A stretch of 32,000 nucleotides of DNA from Wolbachia endosymbiont of Drosophila innubila (GTDB lineage: Bacteria > Pseudomonadota > Alphaproteobacteria > Rickettsiales > Anaplasmataceae), in NCBI RefSeq assembly GCF_021378375.1, contig NZ_CP076228.1, positions 1,200,001 to 1,232,000 on the forward strand, in the 5' to 3' direction. Made by a program: the position numbers and the translations under genes. Every line of letters starts with the position of its first letter. The first letter of the stretch is position 1. Below the pieces are notes generated by a model. It did not search any database and had not been told where the DNA came from. It saw nothing but the letters and a program-made list of their open reading frames with translations. Below are positions 30,936 to 32,000 of this stretch, piece after piece.

Positions 30936-31556
30936 ATGAAGAATATAATGCTAATTGGTGGTGGAGTTGGAAATGCAGTGTTATTTTCGATAGGGAAGGC
31001 ATGTCTTGAAAATAATAACAAGGTTTTGTACTTTGCTGGCTATAAGAAGTTAAGTGATGTATTTAAACGAGCACTGATAGAGCGTGCATCAAATGCAGTA
31101 ATTTGGGCATGTGAAGAAGGATTGATAGAAACAAGCAGAGATCAAGATAAATCCTTTCATGGTAATATAGTTGATGCAATAGTCTCTTATCAACAAGGAA
31201 GATTAGGTATTAATTTGAACGTTATAGATAAAATTATCACTATTGGTTCTGACAAAATGATGAAAGCTGTGAATGAAGCTAGAAAAACAATTTTAAAGCC
31301 ATATCTGAAATCAGGCCACATAGCGATATCATCAGTTAATTCTCCTATGCAGTGTATGATGAAAGAAATCTGCGCTCAGTGTGTGCAGCAACATATAAAT
31401 GCGAAAACAGGAGAAAGGAGTTTTGTTTATAGTTGCAGTAATCAAGACCAGGATATGGGGTGTGTTGATTTTGACTTTTTAAGTGAGCGCTTGAAGCAAA
31501 ATAGTTTACAAGAAAAACTTACTGCAAAATGGATAGATCATGTTCAAAGATATTAA
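30936..31556 (+). CDS. PyrK/SudB/ferredoxin-reductase-like NAD(P)-binding protein, short form
   Basis: NIMLIGGGVGNAVLFSIGKACLENNNKVLYFAGYK and Cys-rich MQCMMKEICAQC ... SCSNQDQDMGCVDF; no N-terminal FAD domain. Confidence 0.5.
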   Translation: MKNIMLIGGGVGNAVLFSIGKACLENNNKVLYFAGYKKLSDVFKRALIERASNAVIWACEEGLIETSRDQDKSFHGNIVDAIVSYQQGRLGINLNVIDKIITIGSDKMMKAVNEARKTILKPYLKSGHIAISSVNSPMQCMMKEICAQCVQQHINAKTGERSFVYSCSNQDQDMGCVDFDFLSERLKQNSLQEKLTAKWIDHVQRY

Positions 31557-32000
31557 ACAGCACAAAAAGGAAATAAGAGAGCAATATAGAGCTATAAGAA
31601 AAGATATTGATGAAAGTTATTCCAGTTATGCGGCAAATTCCCTTATTAATCTCTTTAATCAGAACTTAAGCTACGTTAAAGGCAAAACAATAGCAGCTTA
31701 CATTCCAATGGATGAGGAAATAGATGTTGTGCCTTTGATGCATAGTTTACTCGATTTAGATTATAAAGTAGCAATTCCTAATAAAAATAAGTTACTAAAA
31801 TTTGAGGAATGGAACAAAACAAATGAAGACGTAATTCCCGACACAATCATTACTCCTGTTATTGCTTTTGATGATCATTTTAATAGATTGGGTTTTGGCG
31901 GTGGTTGGTATGATACAATGATAGAAAAACTGCGGCCACTTGGAAAAATATTTATAGGTGTAGCCTATGAGAAACAATATTGTAAAGATTTACCTGTAGA
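31540..32000 (+). CDS. 5-formyltetrahydrofolate cyclo-ligase (partial, runs off window end)
   Basis: ATG at 31540 overlapping the previous stop; KKEIREQYRAIRKDI, TIAAYIPMDEEIDVVPL, ITPVIAFDDHFNRLGFGGGWYD (5-FCL signature region). Confidence 0.88.
   Translation, partial: MFKDIKQHKKEIREQYRAIRKDIDESYSSYAANSLINLFNQNLSYVKGKTIAAYIPMDEEIDVVPLMHSLLDLDYKVAIPNKNKLLKFEEWNKTNEDVIPDTIITPVIAFDDHFNRLGFGGGWYDTMIEKLRPLGKIFIGVAYEKQYCKDLPV

Overview
The window has the gene content, AT-richness and palindromic intergenic repeats expected of a Wolbachia (Rickettsiales, Alphaproteobacteria) chromosome. Most of it is conserved core genome: atpG (3' end), a pmbA/tldD-family protein, csp, a DEAD-box helicase, clpA, class I fructose-bisphosphate aldolase, tRNA-Cys, pyrD, rnc, HAD/RDD/bacterioferritin/SURF1, a CPA2 antiporter, a thioredoxin-fold protein, tmk, ftsH-tilS-pal (minus strand), mreB, mnmA, ppa, tRNA-Ser(GCU), a SurA-like chaperone and the 5' end of a 5-formyltetrahydrofolate cyclo-ligase. 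The accessory material is: (i) a degraded IS66-like transposase remnant followed by an orphan ORF and a PLD/Nuc-family protein (about 8.8-10.3 kb); (ii) two related ~490 bp dispersed repeats (10.33-10.82 kb and 26.19-26.69 kb) that share a sigma70-like promoter (TTGACA-N17-TATCAT); (iii) clusters of palindromic repeats, the densest at 26.70-27.13 kb, enclosed with repeat copy 2 between 18-bp perfect inverted repeats; and (iv) several lineage-restricted hypothetical proteins. The most interesting protein-level signal is the 473-aa protein at 22322-23743. It looks like an M32 (Taq/thermostable) carboxypeptidase whose HEXXH zinc motif has become RHSGY, so it is a candidate pseudoenzyme. I found no convincing novel defence system, CRISPR array or intact mobile element. 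Assignments come from reading motifs, without database searches.
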